Source: Bacteroidales bacterium
Lineage (GTDB): Bacteria; Bacteroidota; Bacteroidia; Bacteroidales; VadinHA17
Direction of reading: 5' to 3'
DNA length: 64,000 nt
Assembly (NCBI GenBank): GCA_041686075.1
Contig: JAWLEO010000004.1
Span: 11,006 to 75,005 of the forward strand
Each line of letters begins with the position of its first letter. The first letter of the stretch is position 1. Shown here one piece after another: positions 56,679 through 64,000 of the stretch. A program made the position numbers and the translations under genes. Under the pieces are notes generated by a model, which saw nothing but the letters and a program-made list of their open reading frames with translations, did no database searches and had not been told where the DNA came from.

Positions 56679-58100
56679 TTATATTCCTTTAAAATTCTTA
56701 AGTGTATAATTTGTCCCATAGGGCCATCTCTGTGGCCTGGAAAGCATTCCATTTGCCCGGTCGTTATTTATGAATTTTTCTTTATCCGGATCCCAATAAA
56801 GTTTGCCAGGCAATTTCATAGCGATATGATGAAGCAGGCATGCAGAACATGAACGGTGTCCTATTTCAGCTGTTGCTACAGGGTCTTTGCGGCTGACAAT
56901 ACAGTCAATCCAGTTTTTATGTTGTTCCGGGCTCTCATAGAGGTGTAGCTCATCTGGTCCTATAACTGAATCCAGTATTTTTTTGTCCGAGGCATCCAGT
57001 GCCTGGAGCTCCGTGTCTTCTGCCCCGGGGTCAGAAGCAGTAACCTTAACCGCTCCCCTGGAAACAAAGATCCATCCCTCTGATCCCACAAATTTTACCC
57101 CGTTGGGGTATTCTCCGCTTAGATGCATAATTACGCCATTGGCATACCTTGCAGTGGTCTTAAACTTACCATGTACATTCCACAGGCCACTCTCGGGAAA
57201 TTCCGCATAACCTTCCACTTCCACAGGACCTGTATATTCTGTTCCCAGGCCCCAGTGAGCTGTATCAATATGATGGGCACCCCAGCCGGTGATCATTCCT
57301 GCCCCGAATTGTTCGCACCGCAGCCACCCGGGCCTGCTGCCTATATCCGTTTGTGAATGCACCCTTTTCTCGGTGTAATATACATAGGGGGTTGAACCCA
57401 GCCACATATCATAATCCAGGTTGTTGGGCACGGGCATTTCGGGTTCTTTTGGTCCGGATGGATCGCCCGGAAGGCCAACATAAATTGTATGTATATCGCC
57501 TATTCTGCCATTTCTCACCAGTTCACACGCTTTCTTAAACTGGGGCCATGGATCAAGTGATCTTTGCTGGCTTCCCTGCTGAAAGATGCGGCCTGTACGG
57601 TGAATGATATTGCTCATCTGCCGGCCTTCTTCAATTGTGAGTGAGGCGGGTTTCTGAAGATAAATATCCTTACCTGCGAGTGCGGCTTCTATAGCAGGCT
57701 GGGCGTGCCAGTGATCAGGGGTTGATATAATCACGGCATCAATCGATGGGTCCAGAAGCATTTCATGATAATCCCGGTAAAGTGAAATATCAACAAAATT
57801 CTTTTTACCTGTTTTTTCCTCATAAAATTTCAGGGTCCACTTTTTGCCCTCTTTTGCCCTCTTGCTATCTACATCGGCAATTGCTACCAGCCGTGTAATA
57901 TCATGCATCAAAGTCATAGGCAAATCATGAGTCATAGCTATTCTTCCAAAACCTATCTGGGCTATGTTGATCTTATTACTGGGTGCACTGTGTCCAAATA
58001 CAGAAGATGGTACTATGGTCGGCAATACAATTGTTCCGGCAGCACCTGCCAGGCTGTTCCTGATAAATTTACGTCTGGTAATATTTTTTCTGCATGTCAT
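56679..58100 (-). CDS. Tat-exported Gfo/Idh/MocA-family oxidoreductase
   Basis: 473 aa. Twin-arginine signal TRRKFIRNSLAGAAGTIVLP, Rossmann IAQIGFGRIA, and the YLQKP (EKP-type) motif. Confidence 0.85.
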   Translation of the reverse strand: MTCRKNITRRKFIRNSLAGAAGTIVLPTIVPSSVFGHSAPSNKINIAQIGFGRIAMTHDLPMTLMHDITRLVAIADVDSKRAKEGKKWTLKFYEEKTGKKNFVDISLYRDYHEMLLDPSIDAVIISTPDHWHAQPAIEAALAGKDIYLQKPASLTIEEGRQMSNIIHRTGRIFQQGSQQRSLDPWPQFKKACELVRNGRIGDIHTIYVGLPGDPSGPKEPEMPVPNNLDYDMWLGSTPYVYYTEKRVHSQTDIGSRPGWLRCEQFGAGMITGWGAHHIDTAHWGLGTEYTGPVEVEGYAEFPESGLWNVHGKFKTTARYANGVIMHLSGEYPNGVKFVGSEGWIFVSRGAVKVTASDPGAEDTELQALDASDKKILDSVIGPDELHLYESPEQHKNWIDCIVSRKDPVATAEIGHRSCSACLLHHIAMKLPGKLYWDPDKEKFINNDRANGMLSRPQRWPYGTNYTLKNFKGI

Positions 58101-58111
58101 TGTTTTACATT

Positions 58112-58963
58112 TTATTCCGGTAATGTATTGGTTTTTACACTTGTATAATCAGGTCCACTGCCATCTCCAATGGCCCATATTATTCCGCCTTTTATGTGGT
58201 TGATAAGGTCCGGATCGGAATAATGTTTTATTGAGTGTCCCAGGGCAGTGTAGAACACCCTTCCTCCTTCAAATTCATGGTACCAGGCCAGTGGGAAATA
58301 GTTCCCAAACACTTCCCCGGGGTATATATCCTTTTGATCATCTTCAATAGTGCGTAGATCAGCGGCTAATAAGATATTAATGTCAGGGTTAAGATGTTTG
58401 AGGTAATAGCATTCGTCCTCCCAGTGCCATATGTTTCCCAGAAAACTTGTAGATGGATGATCATGGTCTATAACTTTTATTTCAAACGGTTGGTAGGGAG
58501 GGTGCCTCTCAAATTTCCCCCCCAGCATAGCCCAGAACCATTGCCATTCCCGTTCCGATCCGCAGGCTGAATGAATGCCCACCACACTTCCTCCGGCGTG
58601 TAGATACCTCACGAAAGCCAGTTTCTGCTCATCGGTGTCAAAGGTTTCATTATTGGTGTTTGATAATACAATGCAATGATACCTTTTCAGGTTATCCTCG
58701 TTTATAACTATAGGATTATCACTAACATCAACATTCATCTCATTTTGCTTTCCTATCTTTTCCAGTGCTTTAACGCTTGCTTTTATATTATCATGGACAT
58801 AGCCTTCACCGTTTTTTGTGTATACAAGTATGTTGGTGTTATAATCTGGTTTCATTTTGCAATCGTTATTGAAGGATAACATTGCGGTCAGAAGGATTAT
58901 GAGAATCTTATTCATATTTAAATTTTGTGATATTCTTTTCATAAAAATATTACTACTCCACAA
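58112..58963 (-). CDS. ThuA-domain (trehalose-utilisation-like) secreted protein
   Basis: 283 aa in the ORF; start is ambiguous (M1, MKRIS or MNKILIILLTAMLSF). ThuA pattern ILVYTKNGEGYVHD, YHCIVLSNT, GGSVVGIHSA, LGGKFERHP, HPST, WEDECYY. Confidence 0.78.
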   Translation of the reverse strand: MWSSNIFMKRISQNLNMNKILIILLTAMLSFNNDCKMKPDYNTNILVYTKNGEGYVHDNIKASVKALEKIGKQNEMNVDVSDNPIVINEDNLKRYHCIVLSNTNNETFDTDEQKLAFVRYLHAGGSVVGIHSACGSEREWQWFWAMLGGKFERHPPYQPFEIKVIDHDHPSTSFLGNIWHWEDECYYLKHLNPDINILLAADLRTIEDDQKDIYPGEVFGNYFPLAWYHEFEGGRVFYTALGHSIKHYSDPDLINHIKGGIIWAIGDGSGPDYTSVKTNTLPE

Positions 58964-59203
58964 TTCTTGCTTCTTTCAGCCTGTTTTCCTGTTTTAGGTG
59001 GTGGCCGTTGCAGTAATGTGGTTTATATATACCGGATTAGTCAGTCTAAAATAAACAAAAAGTTTATAGTATTTCAAATAACAGTGTAACAGATGCCAGG
59101 TAAAATAAATGTGTTTATAAGCATCTTACTTTTATTTAATGTCATATCTTTCTAACTTTGATAATAAGTGTACCACGAATATTACTAACCAAATAAAATT
59201 ATA

Positions 59204-60820
59204 GTGATGGCCGATTTTATATATGAAAAACCATTCCAGATCAGTGAAGACAAAACTGAATATCGCCTGATAAGCTCAGATTATGTGAAGCTTAAGAAGG
59301 TAAAAGGCAGGAAAATTCTGCATGTTGATCCTGAAGGACTTGAGGAGCTGGCGCGTGAAGCCATAAATGATGTTTCCTTCCTTATGAGAAGCTCCCATCT
59401 TGAAAAGTTGAAAAAGATAATTGATGATCCTGAAGCAACAGACAATGATAAATTCGTGGCTTATGTAATGCTCAAAAACCAGGTTATTGCAGCTGCCGGT
59501 GAACTGCCATCATGCCAGGATACAGGAACAGCAATTGTAATAGCAAAAAAGGGGGAGGATGTATATACAGGAGCTGATGATGCTGAGCACCTGTCAAAAG
59601 GTGTATATGATGTTTATAAGAACAAAAACCTCAGATACTCACAAATTGTGCCTTTTTCAATGTTCGAAGAAAAAAATTCAGGGACTAACCTCCCTGCACA
59701 GATCGATATATATTCCAGGCCTGGCAACGAATATGAATTCCTTTTTATCACTAAGGGAGGAGGATCGGCCAATAAGACTTTCCTTTATCAGCAAGCTAAA
59801 TCCCTGTTAAACGAAGAGAACCTCACCAAATTTGTTAAGGAGAAGATCAAGGATCTGGGTACAGCAGCATGTCCTCCCTATCACCTTGCTCTTGTGATAG
59901 GAGGCACCTCGGCGGAAGCAACGCTTAAAACGGTGAAAGAAGCATCAGCAGGTTACCTTGATCACCTGCCAACTGAAGGTAATGCCAGCGGAAGGGCATT
60001 CCGTGACCTGGAATGGGAAAAGAAAATTGAAAAGATATGTCAGGAATACGGTGTTGGGGCCCAGTTCGGAGGCAAGTATTTTGTACATGACGTAAGAGTA
60101 ATAAGATTGCCCCGGCATGCAGCCTCGTGTCCTGTTGGTATGGGAGTGAGTTGCAGTGCTGACCGGAATATTAAAGCTAAAATAAATGAAAAGGGGATAT
60201 ACCTTGAACAACTTGAAAAAAATCCTCAACGCTTTATGCCTGAGAAAGCTCCCGACCTGGATGAACCTGTTGAAATTAACCTTGACAGACCCATGGAGGA
60301 AGTGCTGTCTGAACTGACAAAATACCCTGTTAAGACAAGGTTGAGCCTTACAGGCACCCTGGTGGTTGCCAGGGATATGGCACATGCAAGGATAAAGACT
60401 ATGCTTGACGAGGGTAAGCCGATGCCTGATTATTTCAAAGACCACCCGGTATACTATGCAGGCCCTGCCAAAACACCCGAAGGCATGGCGTCAGGAAGTT
60501 TTGGTCCTACCACAGCAGGAAGGATGGACCCCTATGTAGATCTCTTCCAGAGCCACAGGGGGTCGATGATAATGCTGGCTAAAGGCAACCGTTCGCGACA
60601 GGTTATTGATGCCTGTAAAAAACACGGGGGGTTTTACCTTGGTACAATAGGGGGGCCGGCAGCTGTACTGGCCAAGGATAATATTAAATCGGTTGAGGTG
60701 GTCGATTTTGAAGAACTGGGAATGGAAGCCGTAAGAAAGATAAGGGTTGAGAACCTGGCGGCATTTATACTCACCGATGACAAAGGGAATGACTTTTTTG
60801 ATGAATACAATAAATTTTAA
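59204..60820 (+). CDS. class I (Fe-S) fumarate hydratase
   Basis: 538 aa, two-domain FumA/FumB-like. [31 protein letters not shown] and the C-terminal beta-subunit-like domain (L.G...VARD.AHA). Confidence 0.9.
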   Translation: MMADFIYEKPFQISEDKTEYRLISSDYVKLKKVKGRKILHVDPEGLEELAREAINDVSFLMRSSHLEKLKKIIDDPEATDNDKFVAYVMLKNQVIAAAGELPSCQDTGTAIVIAKKGEDVYTGADDAEHLSKGVYDVYKNKNLRYSQIVPFSMFEEKNSGTNLPAQIDIYSRPGNEYEFLFITKGGGSANKTFLYQQAKSLLNEENLTKFVKEKIKDLGTAACPPYHLALVIGGTSAEATLKTVKEASAGYLDHLPTEGNASGRAFRDLEWEKKIEKICQEYGVGAQFGGKYFVHDVRVIRLPRHAASCPVGMGVSCSADRNIKAKINEKGIYLEQLEKNPQRFMPEKAPDLDEPVEINLDRPMEEVLSELTKYPVKTRLSLTGTLVVARDMAHARIKTMLDEGKPMPDYFKDHPVYYAGPAKTPEGMASGSFGPTTAGRMDPYVDLFQSHRGSMIMLAKGNRSRQVIDACKKHGGFYLGTIGGPAAVLAKDNIKSVEVVDFEELGMEAVRKIRVENLAAFILTDDKGNDFFDEYNKF

Positions 60821-60870
60821 TCATCAGTTTTGGGCTTGAGTAAACAAAGATTAAATCAAACAGCAGATAA

Positions 60871-61773
60871 TTGGCAAAGTGGACCAAAAGCAATATTGGG
60901 CGACAGGACAATAAAATTGTAATTGTCACCGGTTCGAACAGTGGTATTGGTTTCCACACAGCAAAAATGCTTGCCTTGAGGGGTGCAAAAGTAATTATGG
61001 CATGCCGTAATATTGAAAAGACAAAAATTGCTGCCGGAAAGATATATGAGCAGGACAAGAATGCCGACCTGGAAATAATTCACCTTGACCTTTCTGACCT
61101 GGCATCGGTAAGGCGATTAGCAGCGGAGATCAATAAGAGGTATGACAGGCTCGATATACTGATAAATAATGCAGGGGTACTGGCTACTCCATATAAAAAG
61201 ACCAGGGACGGTTTCGAATGGCAGTTCGGCATAAACCACCTGGGTCACTTTGCCCTTACAGGCCTACTGATTGACCTGCTGATGAAAACTAATGGTTCAA
61301 GGGTTGTAACGGTTACCAGTATAGCTCATTTCAGAGGCACGATACATTTCGATGATCTGTCGGGTGCGACATGGTACGGCAGGATGAGGGCATACAGGCA
61401 GTCGAAGCTTGCAAACCTGCTTTTTGCATATGAATTGCAGAAAAGACTAAAGAGTTCGGGATCAGGAACAATATCAGTGGCAGCACAGCCTGGTATCAGT
61501 TCAACACATATTGTATGGCTCCCTTTCCCGGTTAATAAATTGAAGAATCTTGTATTGATGAGTGCTGCAAAGGGCTCACTTTCGGTACTTATGGCGGCAA
61601 CAGAAAAAAACATCAGGGGTGGTGAATATATTGGTCCTTCCGGTGTCTGGCATGCTTATGGTTATCCATCTGTCCTCAGGTCAGGTAAATCATCCTATGA
61701 TGAGGCATTATGGGCTAAACTCTGGAAGGTGTCAGAACAGATGACAGGAATATCCTATCTGAATGTTAAATAA
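60871..61773 (+). CDS. short-chain dehydrogenase/reductase (SDR)
   Basis: 300 aa. VTGSNSGIG cofactor motif, NNAG, catalytic YRQSK. Confidence 0.85.
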   Translation: MAKWTKSNIGRQDNKIVIVTGSNSGIGFHTAKMLALRGAKVIMACRNIEKTKIAAGKIYEQDKNADLEIIHLDLSDLASVRRLAAEINKRYDRLDILINNAGVLATPYKKTRDGFEWQFGINHLGHFALTGLLIDLLMKTNGSRVVTVTSIAHFRGTIHFDDLSGATWYGRMRAYRQSKLANLLFAYELQKRLKSSGSGTISVAAQPGISSTHIVWLPFPVNKLKNLVLMSAAKGSLSVLMAATEKNIRGGEYIGPSGVWHAYGYPSVLRSGKSSYDEALWAKLWKVSEQMTGISYLNVK

Positions 61774-61860
61774 GGAATTGTTTTAAAATTATTCTTTTCC
61801 GGTATTACATAGGTGTATAATTCGCCCGCTATAAATATTCATGTTTTCACTAGCCTAAAT

Positions 61861-62727
61861 TTAACCATGGTCTACGGGTTCCATATGTATTGTAGCTTCA
61901 ATATCGTGCTTATTCCTTATTTCATTTTCAATTTTGGTAACCAGGTCATGACCCTTGTTTACTGAAATATCACCATCCATGATAATATGAAAAGTCAGTT
62001 CTTTATGATTAACATAATTGTGGATTTGGAAGTGATGGGGGTGCAGGTCTTTCCCCGCTGTTGAATAAACGATGGATTTAATGTTATTTACAAGTTCCTG
62101 GCTTGGCTTTTCACCAAGGATTTTATTTATCGATCCAGCAACAATTTCATATGTGGCATAGAAAATCATCAGGGAAATTATAATCCCCAGTACACTGTCA
62201 ATCCACCAGAAATAATTCCTCAGCATGATACCAACAAGGACGATTAATGATGATAAAGCATCAGTACGGTGATGCCAGCCGTCAGCTTTTACAGATGCAT
62301 TTTCAAATTTGCGGGATAGATAGAAAGCATATTGAGCAAGCCCTTCTTTTACCAGTATCGATACAATTGTTACTATAATTGCAACCAGGCCAAAATCTGC
62401 AGATTCCCTTTCCCTGAAATTTATAACAGAATCTTTAATAAAATTCCAGGCTATGAGTGCCAGCAGAAACCCTATAAATAAAGCTGCTATATGTTCCCAT
62501 CGTCCGTGACCGAATGGATGTTCTTTATCCGCTTTTTTTGCTGAGAGTTTTGTTCCTGCGATAACTATCACCGAACTTGCCGAATCGGAAAGTGTATGCC
62601 AGGCATCGGCTACCAGTGCTATTGAATTTGATATTATTCCTGCCCATAATTTAAGACCGAAAAGAACTACATTGGCAACAATTGACACTATTCCTTCAAG
62701 GTATCCGGCTCGTTGTCTTTTTTTCAT
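61861..62727 (-). CDS. cation diffusion facilitator (CDF) family transporter
   Basis: 288 aa with 6 TM helices. HTLSDS and HHRTDALSS metal-site motifs, plus a C-terminal cytoplasmic domain. Confidence 0.88.
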   Translation of the reverse strand: MKKRQRAGYLEGIVSIVANVVLFGLKLWAGIISNSIALVADAWHTLSDSASSVIVIAGTKLSAKKADKEHPFGHGRWEHIAALFIGFLLALIAWNFIKDSVINFRERESADFGLVAIIVTIVSILVKEGLAQYAFYLSRKFENASVKADGWHHRTDALSSLIVLVGIMLRNYFWWIDSVLGIIISLMIFYATYEIVAGSINKILGEKPSQELVNNIKSIVYSTAGKDLHPHHFQIHNYVNHKELTFHIIMDGDISVNKGHDLVTKIENEIRNKHDIEATIHMEPVDHG

Positions 62728-62859
62728 ATACGTAATTATTCAGGATAGTTCTTTAACGCTGTAAAGGTAACATAGTTATATTTAAATAGCCATAAAACGT
62801 AATATGTTATAGTTGTTATCGGGCTAAGTAACTCAACATACAATTATTTTGATCATTGT

Positions 62860-62891
62860 TTTGGTCAGTCGCTTAAACAATGTTATATTTG
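62860..62891 (+). promoter_or_regulatory. Bacteroidetes-type sigma-A promoter for initiator tRNA (TTTG-N20-TATATTTG)
   Basis: TTTG at 62860-63, a 20-nt spacer, then TATATTTG at 62884-91. This lies 9 nt before the tRNA 5' end. Confidence 0.55.
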
Positions 62892-62900
62892 CACACACAT

Positions 62901-62972
<72 letters not shown>

Positions 62973-62977
62973 CAAAG

Positions 62978-63009
62978 AAAAGCCTTAACGCAAAGCGTTG
63001 AGGCTTTTT
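62978..63009 (+). terminator. strong hairpin terminator after tRNA-fMet
   Basis: AAAAGCCTTAACGC-aaa-GCGTTGAGGCTTTT forms a 14-bp stem including one U.G pair, with a T-run. It could act bidirectionally (A-run upstream). Confidence 0.7.
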
Positions 63010-63110
63010 ATATACCCGCCCGTCAAAAGTTTGCTTTTGTAAGGGATGTTATATAAAAAGCCTCATCCATGCATAGCATGGTAAGGCTTTTCTTTGTTAA
63101 GCACTTCACA

Positions 63111-63213
63111 AGAAGATCACGAGCGAAGCGAGTAATCTTCCCCCCCGAAGATCACGCGACCGCAGGGAGGGTAATCTTTAACCTTCGCCAGGAATCCCGG
63201 GCTCTGCTAAGGT
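63111..63213. repeat. twin hairpins with identical stems (GAAGATCAC / GTAATCTT) plus a CCTTCGCC hairpin
   Basis: Hairpin 1 spans 63113-63139 (loop GAGCGAAGCGA). Hairpin 2 spans 63148-63178 (loop GCGACCGCAGGGAGG). Both carry the same single C.A mismatch. Hairpin 3 is ACCTT(CGCC)...AAGGT at 63181-63213, with CCCGGG in the loop. Confidence 0.7.
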
Positions 63214-63328
63214 CACCCCCTTACTTCAATAAGAGTAAATTAATTTGTAATTTTGAAACTCGACTTAATAATGTGTTTAATGCAAATAAAAGGTAACTTT
63301 ATCCGGCTACCAATTTAATAGTACATCT

Positions 63329-63712
63329 ATGCCACGCGTATTCAAAGCTACCAATATAGAGAATGAAGAAAAAGAGGTAAAGAAGGATTACCTAGACCGG
63401 CACATGCCCCATGTAATTTGTGAAGACAGGGTAAAGAAAGGAGAGGCGTTCAGGGTGAAAGTAAGGATGGGTGAACATTACACCCACCCAGATGATTATG
63501 ATCATTATATAAGCAACATCCAGTTATGGAACAGGGAAACACTACTGGCAGAAACAAGGTATTCATCGGGAGCATACGGGAATAAAGCTTCCAATGTGGA
63601 GGTTGATTTCTACATTATTGCTCCCGAGGTATCGATGAACCTATCGGCTATGGCCGTATGTACAAAGCATGGCTTGTGGCAGAGTGAAGATAAACCCGTG
63701 AAAGTTATTTAA
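63329..63712 (+). CDS. superoxide reductase-like protein (desulfoferrodoxin Fe-binding domain, single-domain type)
   Basis: 127 aa. HMPHV (cf. KHVPV), HPDDYDHYI (cf. HPM...HYI.WI) and CTKHGLW (cf. CN.HGLW) give the His4-Cys ligand pattern. Confidence 0.55.
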   Translation: MPRVFKATNIENEEKEVKKDYLDRHMPHVICEDRVKKGEAFRVKVRMGEHYTHPDDYDHYISNIQLWNRETLLAETRYSSGAYGNKASNVEVDFYIIAPEVSMNLSAMAVCTKHGLWQSEDKPVKVI

Positions 63713-63713
63713 A

Positions 63714-64000
63714 ATGGCAAAAACCGACACCAAAAAAAGGAGCTGGAGAGATAAGTACCGGTTCTCCATATACAATGACAAAACATTTGAAGAAGTATGG
63801 CATATACGAATGACAAGGTACAGTGGCTTCCTTCTGCTTGTTTTCCTTGTGCTTTTTATTGTCGGTCTTACCACGGTGCTCATATCTTTCACCAATCTAA
63901 GGGAATTTATCCCGGGATATCCTGATGGTAATACCAGGCGCAATATTATAATGAATGCAATAAGGCTCGATTCCCTTGAGAATGAACTGGAACTCAGAGA
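63714..64000 (+). CDS. membrane-anchored protein, N-terminal fragment (M23 peptidase-like N-terminus; continues past the window end)
   Basis: Not in the ORF track because it is open at the edge. ATG at 63714 gives MAKTDTKKRSWRDKYRFSIYNDKTFEEVWHIRMTRYSGFLLLVFLVLFIVGLTTVLI.., which resembles the N-termini of Bacteroidetes M23 metallopeptidases. The catalytic part is not in the window. Confidence 0.45.
   Translation, partial: MAKTDTKKRSWRDKYRFSIYNDKTFEEVWHIRMTRYSGFLLLVFLVLFIVGLTTVLISFTNLREFIPGYPDGNTRRNIIMNAIRLDSLENELELR

Noticed and set aside
55670-56852. Plus-strand ORFs 55670..56101, 56102..56656 (184 aa) and 56469..56852
   Set aside because: They are antisense to the two minus-strand oxidoreductase genes and show no family motifs.
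63069-63296. 75-aa plus-strand ORF between tRNA-fMet and the SOR-like gene
   Set aside because: It is composed of the translated twin hairpins (..RRSRAKRVIFPPEDHATAGRVIF..). The internal duplication mirrors the DNA repeats, and no start context or domain is visible.

Overview
Chromosomal segment of an AT-rich Bacteroidota-type genome. The assignment rests on TTTG-N19/20-TAnnTTTG promoters in front of tRNAs, many SPII 'SC' lipoprotein signals, an ECF/FecR/STN module, a T9SS type-B-like C-terminal domain, and a homospermidine-type polyamine operon. The window is tightly packed with housekeeping genes: dxs, frr-pyrH, rplM-rpsI-rpsB-tsf, purD, hflX, asd, sppA-lpxK-PNP, folK, radC, rpsT, mpl and a class I fumarase. 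It also carries three tRNAs: Ala-GGC, Glu-TTC and initiator Met. No CRISPR array, rRNA, integrase or transposase is visible. Five things deserve a second look. (1) A DUF559 (Vsr-fold) endonuclease gene sits between inverted copies of a 31-bp C5/G5 palindromic unit, wedged between folK and radC, and the unit supplies the last codons of folK. (2) A family of GC-rich hairpin elements lies in otherwise AT-rich spacers. Three units share a GGCACG-NN-TCT...AGA-NN-CGCGCC-AGCG clamp with compensatory NN changes, one unit is nested inside another, and two loci are flanked by exact 11- and 13-bp duplications of local sequence. (3) A periplasmic redox neighbourhood at 50-59 kb holds a membrane-anchored tetraheme NapC/NirT-like cytochrome fused to an FGE/SUMF1 domain, two Tat-exported Gfo/Idh/MocA oxidoreductases, a third lipoprotein oxidoreductase, ThuA, and a nucleoside-hydrolase-like/FmdE-like fusion. 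(4) An ECF sigma/FecR pair has an STN-bearing partner with no TonB-dependent plug or barrel, and that partner has a paralog. (5) An ABCG-type transporter has large extra domains. All functional calls come from reading motifs by eye; no database search was run.
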